A stretch of 25,298 bases of DNA from Pseudomonadota bacterium (GTDB lineage Bacteria; Bdellovibrionota_B; Oligoflexia; Oligoflexales; CAIYRB01): positions 1-25,298 of the forward strand of contig JANOTL010000140.1 of assembly GCA_031416315.1 (NCBI GenBank), written 5' to 3'. Below, piece after piece: positions 1-8,305 of this stretch (positions are counted from its first letter, which is position 1; each line of letters starts with the position of its first letter). Under the pieces are notes generated by a model that searched no databases, was not told where the DNA came from, and saw only the letters and a list, made by a program, of their open reading frames with translations. Position numbers and translations under genes: made by a program.

Positions 1-147
1 GAACACGACGGTAACGTAGATCCCGTCCTTTACTACCCGGCGTACGACGTCGTGAATAACGACCACCATCCACGTATTGGCGTAGACGCTTCGCTCAGCG
101 CGAATGCGCAAAGGGCCGCGGGTTTAAGGGTCGCGAGGAGCACTCAT
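1..147 (-). pseudogene. 5' fragment of a NUDIX hydrolase-like gene (ADP-ribose pyrophosphatase-type N-terminus) with an in-frame stop; runs off the window
   Basis: Manual translation from ATG 147 gives MSAPRDP*TRGPLRIRAERSVYANTWMVVVIHDVVRRVVKDGIYVTVVF, resembling NUDIX N-termini of the form 'VYxNPWxxVxxxxVxRPDGxxGIY'. TAA at 126-124. Could be a pseudogene or low-quality sequence at a contig end. Confidence 0.5.
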
Positions 148-271
148 GCTTCGGCTACCGATTTGGCGAGGCGGCACGTTGCCGAAGCTTAGCCCTTCGT
201 CATCGTCCCGTCGATCTCCGCCGTTGGGGTCGACGCGTCGCTCGAGGACGCCTGGCGGCGTCGCGACCACC

Positions 272-859
272 TCACCGCGACTTTATGAACCTTGCCGGCG
301 CCCCGGCATAGAGCGCCTTGCCCTTGAGGTGTCCTCGGGCAACGCTGTTGGCGCCGAGAACGACGCCGTCGTCGATCACCGTTCCCGGGAGAATGAGGCA
401 GCCTCTGCCGATCCAGACGTCGTTGCCGATCTTGATGGGCAGGGTGGTGTCGGGCGCCGCGCGGATCGGCTTGCTGGAGTCCGCGTGGGAGTGCGTGGAG
501 TCTCGGATCGAGGTGTATTCGCCGACCTGCACGTCGTTCCCGACGCTGATCTCGCCGGCGCAAGAGACCAGAACGCCGTAAGAGAAGGTGATGCGGTCGC
601 CGATCCGCAATTTCGCGCCGTCGCCGAACTCGAAGATTGCGTTCGGAAAGATGTGGACGGCCTCTCCGACCGCGATGTCGAGCGCTTGGCCGTAGACCTG
701 AACGTTCGATCCCAAGATGACGCCGGCGTTCTTGAAGTGATAAAGCGCGCGCAAGGCCCGAACGCCGCGAAAGCCGCGGGCCGACCGCCATAACACGTAG
801 AGAACCTTGCGGATGAGGTCCGTTAGCGCCAAGTGCCGATAGCGCAGGAGCTTCCGCAT
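272..859 (-). CDS. Hexapeptide-repeat (left-handed beta-helix) sugar O-acetyltransferase, ~195 aa
   Basis: Motifs ISVGNDVQVGEYTSIRDSTH, PIKIGNDVWIGRGCLILPGTVIDDGVVLGANSV and GAPARFIK. Start re-assigned to ATG 859 (MRKLL...), which overlaps the upstream stop (TGATG). Confidence 0.9.
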   Translation of the reverse strand: MRKLLRYRHLALTDLIRKVLYVLWRSARGFRGVRALRALYHFKNAGVILGSNVQVYGQALDIAVGEAVHIFPNAIFEFGDGAKLRIGDRITFSYGVLVSCAGEISVGNDVQVGEYTSIRDSTHSHADSSKPIRAAPDTTLPIKIGNDVWIGRGCLILPGTVIDDGVVLGANSVARGHLKGKALYAGAPARFIKSR

Positions 860-1764
860 CAAGAGTCCCTCAACGGGCTTTCGCCGTCGTACTGGTCGCC
901 AAATTCGATCTGGGGGCGCTTGAGGATGGCGCCGAAGTGTCCGGTCGGGATCGGCCGCTCGCGGAGAAATCGAACGACCCGGGCAAACTGGAGCCTGAGC
1001 AGCTGCCGGAGTGTGTAGCGCAAGATGCCGCCGTAAAAATTCGCCAGAGCGATGCGCTTGTCCTCCGGCTGAAGCCGATCCGTCGCCGCGATGTGTTGCG
1101 GTCGGAAGCGAGCCAGGTCTTGGAAAAACTCGAACGGGTCGCCGAGGAGCCGCTCGGAGGCTTGGCCGCGACGCCGGCGCCACCACGAGAATCCATCCGA
1201 GATCAGAACCGACGGGTAAGTCAAGCCGAGCTTCTCCTGGATGTAAGCGTCGCCGAGCTTCACGTCCTTGCGGTCGAACGCGCCGCTCGCCAAAAAGCGC
1301 TGCCGATGGAAAAGCAGACAGGTGAAGTTGAGCGCCAAGTACCCGCGTCCCCGGAAGTTGAGCATCGCGAATAGCTCAGGCGTCAGGCGCTTCGGATAGA
1401 CGACGCGCTCGTCCCAATGGCGGCCGATGAACATCGCGGCATCGGCATGGGCGCGCGTATGCTCCTGCAGCAATGCCAAGGCTTGGGGGTAGATGAGATC
1501 GTCGCCGTCGATGAAAATGCAGTAGTCACCGCGCGCTTGCTCAACGCAGAAATTCCGGTTCCCGTACTCGCCTAGATTGGTCGGTTGGCGGAATTTCCGG
1601 ATCCGGGGGTCCGAGAACTCGTCGATGATGTCCCAGGTGCGATCCCGCGACCGGTCGTCGCTGACGACGATCTCGAACTCCTCGATCGTCTGCCGCAAGC
1701 ACGACTCCAGGGTCTCGCGGATGAAGCGCTCGGAGTTGTAGGTGACGACGAGGATGGAGATCAA
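859..1764 (-). CDS. GT2 family glycosyltransferase, ~301 aa
   Basis: Motifs ISILVVTYNSERFIRETLES, VVSDDRSRDRT, NLGEYGNRN and FIDGDD (DxD). Start re-assigned to TTG 1764, overlapping the upstream TGA (TTGA). Confidence 0.9.
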   Translation of the reverse strand: MISILVVTYNSERFIRETLESCLRQTIEEFEIVVSDDRSRDRTWDIIDEFSDPRIRKFRQPTNLGEYGNRNFCVEQARGDYCIFIDGDDLIYPQALALLQEHTRAHADAAMFIGRHWDERVVYPKRLTPELFAMLNFRGRGYLALNFTCLLFHRQRFLASGAFDRKDVKLGDAYIQEKLGLTYPSVLISDGFSWWRRRRGQASERLLGDPFEFFQDLARFRPQHIAATDRLQPEDKRIALANFYGGILRYTLRQLLRLQFARVVRFLRERPIPTGHFGAILKRPQIEFGDQYDGESPLRDS

Positions 1765-2948
1765 AGGGATCCCGCCGCGGAGCGCGAGGCGACCGCCTCG
1801 ATCTCGCGCAGGATCCGCGTGGTGGAGCCGGCGCCGAGGTGATCGTTCATGACCCGTTCGCAGGCGCAGGCGCCGAGGGACGCGAGAAGCGTGCGGTCCT
1901 GATCCAAGCTGACGATCTTGTCGCTCACGAAGTCGAGGTCGAGGTACGGCGCGATGAAGCCGGCGTCCGTCCTGACGAACTCCGGCATGCCGCCGGCGCG
2001 GTCGAAGCAGATGACCGGAAGACCGTGCGCGGCGGCCTCGAGGCAGACCATCGGAAAAGGATCCTCCCGCGAGGTCAGAAGAAAGAGGTCCCAGGAGATC
2101 ATGAACCGCGAGACGTCGGAACGGGCCTCGATCAGGGTGACGTTTTTCAGGCCCAAACGCTCCATGTCGTAGCGCAAAGCTTTGTGCTGACCATTCGTGC
2201 CGCCGAGCCAAACGAAGTGGATCTTATCGCAACCGTTGCGCCGGCTCATTTTTTTGGCGATCTGCACCATGAGATCCGGCGATTTGCGCCAGTCGGCGGT
2301 GCCGCAGGACCCGACGACGAACGCGTCGGGGGCGATCCCCAGCTCGGCCCGGGTCGCGTCGCGCTCACGGAGCCGTGTCGCGGAGTCGCCGCCTGGCGGC
2401 GCGATGAACTCGTGGACGACGTGGACGCGCTCGGCCTCGATCTTGAACGCCTCGACGAGCCAGACTTTCATCGAGCTCGACACGGCGATGAAGAGGTCGA
2501 CCTCCCGCGCGAGGGCGGCGAATCTTTTTGTGCCGACGTGCTCGTCGACAGCCATCGCGAGCTCGTGACAATGGCAAAGGACGCGACTTCGCGGCAAAGC
2601 TCGCTTCAATGCAATCGCAAGCCCCAAGGTCGCAACGGAGTTTGCGTAAATGACCTGAGGCGTCTTGCGGCCGAGGAAGGCGCGGGCTCGCCACAGGTGA
2701 AGGGCGTCCTCGACCTCGACCTTTCTCAGGATCCGACTCGCCAGGGATCCCTTGCCGAGGACCAAGGTCGGAGCGGTCGCCCGAAACTCGCCTTCCAGCT
2801 CGCCACCTTCCAAGAGAATGATCTTTAAGTCGATCTCGGGCCTGGGGCGCAGTGATTGCAACAGGCTTAGGAGCAGGATCGGCGCTCCGGTCCGCCGTGC
2901 CACGTGACCCAGAAAGACGACTCTCAACCGCTCCTCCTCCATACTCAT
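1761..2948 (-). CDS. GT4 (GT-B) glycosyltransferase, 395 aa
   Basis: N-terminal HxxxxTGAPI, RKSPD, and DLFLLTSREDPFPMVCLEAAAHGLPVI (E-x7-E). ATG 2942 is an alternative start. Confidence 0.92.
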   Translation of the reverse strand: MSMEEERLRVVFLGHVARRTGAPILLLSLLQSLRPRPEIDLKIILLEGGELEGEFRATAPTLVLGKGSLASRILRKVEVEDALHLWRARAFLGRKTPQVIYANSVATLGLAIALKRALPRSRVLCHCHELAMAVDEHVGTKRFAALAREVDLFIAVSSSMKVWLVEAFKIEAERVHVVHEFIAPPGGDSATRLRERDATRAELGIAPDAFVVGSCGTADWRKSPDLMVQIAKKMSRRNGCDKIHFVWLGGTNGQHKALRYDMERLGLKNVTLIEARSDVSRFMISWDLFLLTSREDPFPMVCLEAAAHGLPVICFDRAGGMPEFVRTDAGFIAPYLDLDFVSDKIVSLDQDRTLLASLGACACERVMNDHLGAGSTTRILREIEAVASRSAAGSL

Positions 2949-3087
2949 CTCAAGGTTAGCTTACCGTAACGGCAAAGTAACGACGCCGCGGCGGAGCGCC
3001 CGGTTCCGGAGATTCCTGGGTCTTCGACCAATTTCGCCGAATTCCCTCGGCCCGTCCGCGAGTTCACCGACGGGGTCGTTCTTGCGG

Positions 3088-3093
3088 TAAAAT
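3088..3093 (+). promoter_or_regulatory. Putative sigma-70-type -10 box (TAAAAT) for the Coq4-like/UbiB operon
   Basis: AT-rich hexamer in the GC-rich divergent intergenic region, 38 nt upstream of ATG 3132. No good -35 found. Confidence 0.35.
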
Positions 3094-3131
3094 CGAGAGA
3101 GCGCCCCGGGCGCGCCTCCGAAAGAGCTTCG

Positions 3132-3839
3132 ATGATCGCCGCGCGCCTGACGCAACTCCTTTCGACCGTCGCCGTCCCCGCTTCGCTGCGCGAAGTCGCG
3201 GAGCGGCTTTTGCTGCACGGCAATGCCCTCGCGACCCTGCGTCGCGGCGAGAGCGCCGAGGCCGCCGTTGCGCTCCTGGCGAAGCTCGCGGCCCAAGGCG
3301 AGCGCTTTGCGCCGCTGAGCCGTGCGAGCTTGGCGAAAGCCCGCGCCGAGCCGGAGTTCCGCGAGCTCTTCGCCGAAGGCTATCAACCGCCGCCGCTCGA
3401 CCTCGAGATCTTGGTCGAGTTCCCCGAAGGCACGCTCGGACGCGAGACGGCCGTTATCGTCGCGGCGATGGGAAAGAGCCGGCGCGACCCGCACCTCGAC
3501 CTGAAAAGCGAGCTGGCGTATCTCGTCGAGCGTGTGCGCGTCTCCTTGCCGGCGTGGCGCGCCTTGCTCCAGGCCGAGCCCGGTGACGCGGAAGCGGACG
3601 CCAAGGTCCTCGGCTTTTTGTACGCGCAGCTCGAGTCACCCGCCGTCGGCGTCGTCCTCGCCCTGCGCGTGCACGGGGCGGCCGCGTTTCGGCCACAGCT
3701 CTTGCCTCGGGCGATTCGCGCTTTCACCGACGGCTACGGCGCCGGGACGCGCGCGCCCTTCCTCGCTGGCTTGCGCCTCGAAGACGATTGGTCGCGTCCG
3801 GTGCGCGAGCTTCGCGCTCGCTTTGGCATCGATCGATGA
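3132..3839 (+). CDS. Coq4-family-like protein with degenerate metal-binding motif, 235 aa
   Basis: Segments YQPPPLDLEILVEFPEGTLGRE, YLVERVR, FLYAQLESP and GYGAG...LEDDWSRPVRELRARFGI follow the Coq4 pattern. The HDxxH position reads LPAWR (3546-3560). Confidence 0.7.
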   Translation: MIAARLTQLLSTVAVPASLREVAERLLLHGNALATLRRGESAEAAVALLAKLAAQGERFAPLSRASLAKARAEPEFRELFAEGYQPPPLDLEILVEFPEGTLGRETAVIVAAMGKSRRDPHLDLKSELAYLVERVRVSLPAWRALLQAEPGDAEADAKVLGFLYAQLESPAVGVVLALRVHGAAAFRPQLLPRAIRAFTDGYGAGTRAPFLAGLRLEDDWSRPVRELRARFGIDR

Positions 3840-5173
3840 CCGAGCGCAAGGTCAAGATCAAGACGAGCTGGCTCGGCCGCGCCGCGACGGTGGGCTCGCT
3901 TGCCGCCGGCACCGCCGGTCGGCTCCTGAAGACCAAGGTGGCGAGCCTCGGCCGCGGCAAAGAGGACGGCCAAAAGACCGAGGCCGAGCTCGTCGCCATT
4001 GCCGAAGTGATCAAGAAGGAGCTCGGGCACCTCAAGGGCGTGGTGATGAAAGTCGGCCAAATGGCGTCCTACGCCGACGGCAACATCCCCGAGTCGATGC
4101 AGGCGGTCCTCGCCTCGCTGCAAGATGCGACGCCGCCGATGCCGCCTGAGACGGTGCGGGAAGTCTTCCAAAAAGCCTTCGGCAAGGCGCCGGAAGCGAT
4201 CTTTGCCGAGTGGGAGCCCGAGGCCTTCGCCGCGGCGAGCATCGGCCAGGTGCACCGTGCGCGCCTGAAGGACGGCACGCGCGTCGCGGTCAAGGTGCAG
4301 TACCCTGGCATCAAGGACGCGATCGCGGCGGATTTCCGCAGCGCCGGCACGGTGGCGCCGCTGCTGAAAGCGATCTTCCACAGTCTGGACATCGAGGGCG
4401 TGCTCGATGAGATCAAGGACCGCTCGCTCGAGGAATGCGACTATCGCCGCGAGGCGGAGAACCAGGAGCAGTTCCGCAAGCTCTTCGCCGCCGAGCCGCT
4501 CGTGCTCGTGCCGCGGACGTTCCCGGAGCTCTGTACCGAGACGGTCCTGACGACCGAGCTGGTCGAGGCGCGGAAATTCCGCGACTTCCTGATGCATTCG
4601 ACGCAGGCCGAGCGCGACGTCGCCGGCAACGTCATCCACAAGTTCGTGTGTGAGAGCATCTTCCTGCACGAGATCTTCAACGCCGACCCGCATCCCGGGA
4701 ATTTCCTCTTCGCCCCGGACGGCCGGGTCGTGTTCCTCGATTTCGGCTGCGTCAAGCGCTGGGAGCCGGGCGTCATCCCGAAATGGAAGCAGATGGTGCT
4801 CTCGGCCATCCGCGACGACTTCGAGAGCTGGAAACGGCTTTGGGCGGAGCTCGGCATCGCGGGCAACGTTAAAGCCTATGATTTTACAGCTGAATATGCG
4901 GTCTATCGCGCCAGTCTCGGGACGATATTGGAGGATCGCGAGCAAAGGATCTCGCGGTCCGAGGTCGCGGCGCGGCAGAAAATCGTGATGAACAGCCCGA
5001 ACAAGCGGCACGCGAACCTGCCGAAGGATTTCGTCATGGTCACGCGGCTCATTTTCGGCCTCGAGTCGATCGTCGCCATGCTGAACGCCAAGGGCAACTA
5101 CCACCGCAACGTGATGCGGGTCCTTCAGTCGCCGACGGCCTCGTCGGTCCACGAGCGAGTGGTCGACCTATAG
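3836..5173 (+). CDS. UbiB/ABC1/Coq8 (AarF) family atypical kinase, 445 aa
   Basis: Motifs KVGQ (KxGQ), [29 protein letters not shown] and LDFG. ATG 3836 overlaps the upstream stop (ATGA). Confidence 0.95.
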   Translation: MTERKVKIKTSWLGRAATVGSLAAGTAGRLLKTKVASLGRGKEDGQKTEAELVAIAEVIKKELGHLKGVVMKVGQMASYADGNIPESMQAVLASLQDATPPMPPETVREVFQKAFGKAPEAIFAEWEPEAFAAASIGQVHRARLKDGTRVAVKVQYPGIKDAIAADFRSAGTVAPLLKAIFHSLDIEGVLDEIKDRSLEECDYRREAENQEQFRKLFAAEPLVLVPRTFPELCTETVLTTELVEARKFRDFLMHSTQAERDVAGNVIHKFVCESIFLHEIFNADPHPGNFLFAPDGRVVFLDFGCVKRWEPGVIPKWKQMVLSAIRDDFESWKRLWAELGIAGNVKAYDFTAEYAVYRASLGTILEDREQRISRSEVAARQKIVMNSPNKRHANLPKDFVMVTRLIFGLESIVAMLNAKGNYHRNVMRVLQSPTASSVHERVVDL

Positions 5174-5538
5174 ACGTGGTTGCGGTTGATGCTGTGGCGG
5201 AAAGAGACGGTGAAGTCCATCTCGCCTTCCGCCGCTTTCGCGGCGATCTCCGCGGCAAGATCCGCCTCCCGCGTCCGGAGCTCTTCGGCATGGATCTCGA
5301 CGTCCCGCCAGGCATAGAGCGCGATGCCGACGAACATCGCGAAATACCAGGCGAGGATGCGCCGCGATTTCTGGTTCCGCGTCGTCCGGAACCGGTGCAA
5401 ATGGATGACGGTCTGCGCTAGGGGGAAGGCGGCGACGAGGTAGTTCAGGCCCTGGATCCAGTTCTCGGGCCACGCGTGAAGGCGGGCCGCCGCGAGCGCG
5501 AGGGCAAAAGCGATAAGGACGTATAGAGCGTCGAGCAT
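5125..5538 (-). CDS. Hypothetical small membrane protein (2-3 hydrophobic segments), 137 aa
   Basis: Protein-like composition with clear hydrophobic stretches. TGC-TAGCGT extended -10-like element 9 nt upstream of the ATG. The 3' end overlaps the convergent kinase by 49 nt. Confidence 0.6.
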   Translation of the reverse strand: MLDALYVLIAFALALAAARLHAWPENWIQGLNYLVAAFPLAQTVIHLHRFRTTRNQKSRRILAWYFAMFVGIALYAWRDVEIHAEELRTREADLAAEIAAKAAEGEMDFTVSFRHSINRNHVYRSTTRSWTDEAVGD

Positions 5539-5589
5539 AGGTCCGTGACGCTAGCACGCCGGCACCGCGTGGGACAATGCGGCGCTCGC

Positions 5590-6600
5590 TCAGGGGGCGC
5601 CGATCCCGATCATGGACAGGATTTCTCGAAGCCGGTCATCATAGGAATGGCGCCCCGCGGCAACCATCGCCGCGGCATGCGCTCGGATCGCGCGCCGCCG
5701 GTCCGGAGCGGCGACGAGTGCGCGGATCGCCTGCACGAGAGAGTCGGGCGTGGTGAAGTAGTGCGCCATCTCCCCGTTGGCGCCGAAGATCTCACGGTGC
5801 TCCGGCGTGTCTTCGGCGACGGTGGCCGCGCCCGCGGCGAGGAGCTCGAAGGTGCGCATGACGTGGCCGTCGCGATTGGCTCGGCGTACGAGGCAGATCG
5901 AAGCGCGCGCGCGGGCGGCGACACGGCAGAATTCGTCGGGAGCCGCCGGCCCACGCGCCAGCGCGCGCAAGGAAAGCTGCCGCTCCCAGTAACTGCCGTA
6001 CAGCTCGAAGCTCAAGCCGGATTGTGCGACGGCTTTCATGTAGGGCGCTCGGTCCGCATCGGCAGAGCCCACGAACCCGGCGTCGAGATCTTCGTCAGGC
6101 CAAGGGGCGCTGGGCTTGAAGAGATCCCGGTCGTAACCGAAGCACAGTCGCTCGAGACGCCGGATGCCAAGCGCGCGTAGGTCCGCCTCGCACAGTCGGC
6201 GGGGGTTCAAGACGAGGTCGAACCGAGGCAAGAGCCTGCGAAACCATCCGCCGGTGCTCCCCGTGTTGAACGGATCGTCCGTGAGAAAAACCGCGGTGAC
6301 GGCGCCGGCGGCCTTCGCGAGCTCCAGCTCGGAGGCGCCGAGCGGCGCGGTCCCGAGGACCAGCACGAGGCTCGTCTTTTCCTGCGCGAGCAAACGGCGA
6401 AACTCGCGTCGAAACAGGTCGCCGCGCGCGAAGCGCCGATCCCCGAGGCGCCAGGCGAGGGAGCGTACGAGTCGCGGCACGTCGTCGGCGAGATCGACCA
6501 AGGCCAGGGCGTGGGGTAGGCCGAGACGCTCGGCCGCGCGCGCGAAGCTCCCGCCGAGGTGGGTGCCGCCGCTGCGGCCAACGATCAGGATGCGGCTCAT
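5590..6600 (-). CDS. CgeB-like (Glyco_trans_1_2) glycosyltransferase, 336 aa
   Basis: Motifs FLTDDPF, FGYDRDLF, GFVGS, LYGSYW, MRTFELLAAGA and HSYDDRL. GGAG SD upstream. Confidence 0.88.
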   Translation of the reverse strand: MSRILIVGRSGGTHLGGSFARAAERLGLPHALALVDLADDVPRLVRSLAWRLGDRRFARGDLFRREFRRLLAQEKTSLVLVLGTAPLGASELELAKAAGAVTAVFLTDDPFNTGSTGGWFRRLLPRFDLVLNPRRLCEADLRALGIRRLERLCFGYDRDLFKPSAPWPDEDLDAGFVGSADADRAPYMKAVAQSGLSFELYGSYWERQLSLRALARGPAAPDEFCRVAARARASICLVRRANRDGHVMRTFELLAAGAATVAEDTPEHREIFGANGEMAHYFTTPDSLVQAIRALVAAPDRRRAIRAHAAAMVAAGRHSYDDRLREILSMIGIGAP

Positions 6601-6710
6601 CCGCGCGCTCCGTCACGGACCATGAAATGAGCGACGCCGACGCGGCAAACCGAGGCATAGGAGGCATGAGCCAAGTCGACGAGGACTGGGAGAATGACGG
6701 CCAGGATCAT
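6597..6710 (-). CDS. Putative 37-aa mini-ORF (MILAVILPVLVDLAHASYASVCRVGVAHFMVRDGARG)
   Basis: Exactly fills the gap between the deaminase and the CgeB-like GT, with ATGA overlaps at 6710-6707 and 6600-6597. Confidence 0.4.
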   Translation of the reverse strand: MILAVILPVLVDLAHASYASVCRVGVAHFMVRDGARG

Positions 6711-8287
6711 GGCGGAGCGGGCTCCCAGGCCGCCTCGAAGGCGGCAAAATCTGCGTCCAACTTCGCCTTCAGCTTGGTGCGGACGGCGGGCTCGGCGAAA
6801 CTCGTCGTGACCGCGTTGTAGGCCATGCGTCGCATCTCGTCGTAGGTGACGTCGGTCTCGCCGACGGCGGCGAGGCATTCGTCGTCGATCGTCGACTCGA
6901 AGATGCCTTCGTCGTCGGTCGAGAGGCTGACGGGCAGCCCCAGGCGGAGATAGCGCAGGTAAGGATGCTGCGTCAGGTCCTCGACGACTTTCAGGCGGCG
7001 GTTGCTGACGAGGTTGACCTCGATCGGAAGGCTCTGCGTCCGCGCGTATTCGAGCGTCACGGGATCCTGCGCCAAGAGGACGCCGTGGCCGACGCGCTGC
7101 GCTCCGAGCAACATGCTGTCGCGCACGTTTCGAACGTCGCCGAGCTCACCCGCGTGAATCGTGCGCTGCAGGTGCGCGCTCCCGGCCGCGTCCGCGGCCG
7201 CGAGCGGTACGTACATCGTCTGTCCGAACTCGAGCGCCGGATAAGCCGTCTCGTCGGCGACGAAGTTGACGCCCACCAGGATGTTCGAGGCGGGCATCGC
7301 CAGGATCTGCTTCGCCTTACCGCGCGTAAACTCGGGGTCTTTGTTGCGGGCGTAGGAGGCGTGCAGGCGAATGACGACGCCGTGCTTGGTCTCGAGCTTC
7401 TGCGCCCAGCTGGCGAGGGAGTTGAACCACTGCGGCTTCGGCACGATGAAGCGGCTCACCTCGACGTAAGCCACCTTGTGGGCGGCGGCGCGCTCCAGGA
7501 AGCGCTCCCACATCAGCGGCTCCGGATCGAAGGCGCCGGCGCCGCTTCCGGCGAAGGTCAGCGCGGAGATCGCCGTGAAGGTGCCCGTGAAGCGGTCGAA
7601 GGAGTGGTTGCCCGGAGGCAGGAAATAGAGGTCCTCGATGACCTGCCGATCCTCGACGCTCAAGGATCCGTAAGCGGCCGTGGCGGCGCCGGCGTGCTGC
7701 GCGACGAGGTCGAAGCGCGCGTGCTCTTCGGGATAAATGATGCCGGTGCCGCCCGGTGAGGACAGGCTGGCCTTCAGCTTCGCGAAGTCGATCGTCGGAT
7801 TCACCTTCGTCAGGATCTCGCGCACGGTTTTGCGGTCCAGGGTGCCCCACGGGTGGACGTGCAAGAGCCCGCCTTTGGGCAGTGCCGCGCAGAAGCTCGC
7901 GGTGCGGCCGTCTTCGCGCACGCGCTCGAGGTCGATCTTCGAGGCGCTCCGCGCCTTTTCCCGGGCCTCGGCGACGGCCGCATCCTGGCGCGCCACGAGC
8001 GCGGCCACGTCCGCTGCGGTGAGCGCCTCGTTTGGGGGCAGGGCAAGGCGCTCTTCCCATTCTGCGCGCGAGATCGTACCGGAGTCTTGAGTCACGGTCG
8101 CGAGCGCGAGCTTCCGCGCCGCCTCGTAGCGCGTGAATTGTGCGGCGAGCTTGGCGTCGAGCGCCGCCGGCTCGACGCCCGTCGAGCGCAAGGTCGACGC
8201 TTGCGGCCGCTGCTTGAGCGGAGCGCAGGCTTCGAGCGCGAGCGCCAGCACTAGTAACGCGGGCGACTTGAGAATCTGCAGAAGCAT
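6707..8287 (-). CDS. Adenosine deaminase family protein, ADA2/ADGF-like, predicted exported lipoprotein, 526 aa
   Basis: Motifs LPKGGLLHVH (HxH), TIHAGE, RVGHG, IEVNLVSN, HPY and LSTDDEG. Signal peptide ends in LALEAC (lipobox-like Cys21). About 110 aa of helical N-terminal extension. GAGG SD. Confidence 0.88.
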   Translation of the reverse strand: MLLQILKSPALLVLALALEACAPLKQRPQASTLRSTGVEPAALDAKLAAQFTRYEAARKLALATVTQDSGTISRAEWEERLALPPNEALTAADVAALVARQDAAVAEAREKARSASKIDLERVREDGRTASFCAALPKGGLLHVHPWGTLDRKTVREILTKVNPTIDFAKLKASLSSPGGTGIIYPEEHARFDLVAQHAGAATAAYGSLSVEDRQVIEDLYFLPPGNHSFDRFTGTFTAISALTFAGSGAGAFDPEPLMWERFLERAAAHKVAYVEVSRFIVPKPQWFNSLASWAQKLETKHGVVIRLHASYARNKDPEFTRGKAKQILAMPASNILVGVNFVADETAYPALEFGQTMYVPLAAADAAGSAHLQRTIHAGELGDVRNVRDSMLLGAQRVGHGVLLAQDPVTLEYARTQSLPIEVNLVSNRRLKVVEDLTQHPYLRYLRLGLPVSLSTDDEGIFESTIDDECLAAVGETDVTYDEMRRMAYNAVTTSFAEPAVRTKLKAKLDADFAAFEAAWEPAPP

Positions 8288-8305
8288 GCGCTCGCCTCGA
8301 ATTTG

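Noticed and set aside
77..243. Imperfect 20-nt direct repeat (77-96 versus 224-243, 17/20 identical)
   Set aside because: Only two copies 147 nt apart, one inside the NUDIX-like frame and in doubtful-quality sequence; not CRISPR-like.
3734..5152. 472-aa minus-strand ORF
   Set aside because: Antisense shadow of the UbiB kinase with no motifs; such stop-poor frames are expected at high GC.
6627..6821. + strand ORF with GAGGCAT-AG-GAGGCAT repeat and an AGGAGG near ATG 6666
   Set aside because: AGGAGG is only 1 nt from the ATG and the ORF runs antisense into the deaminase; no supporting features.
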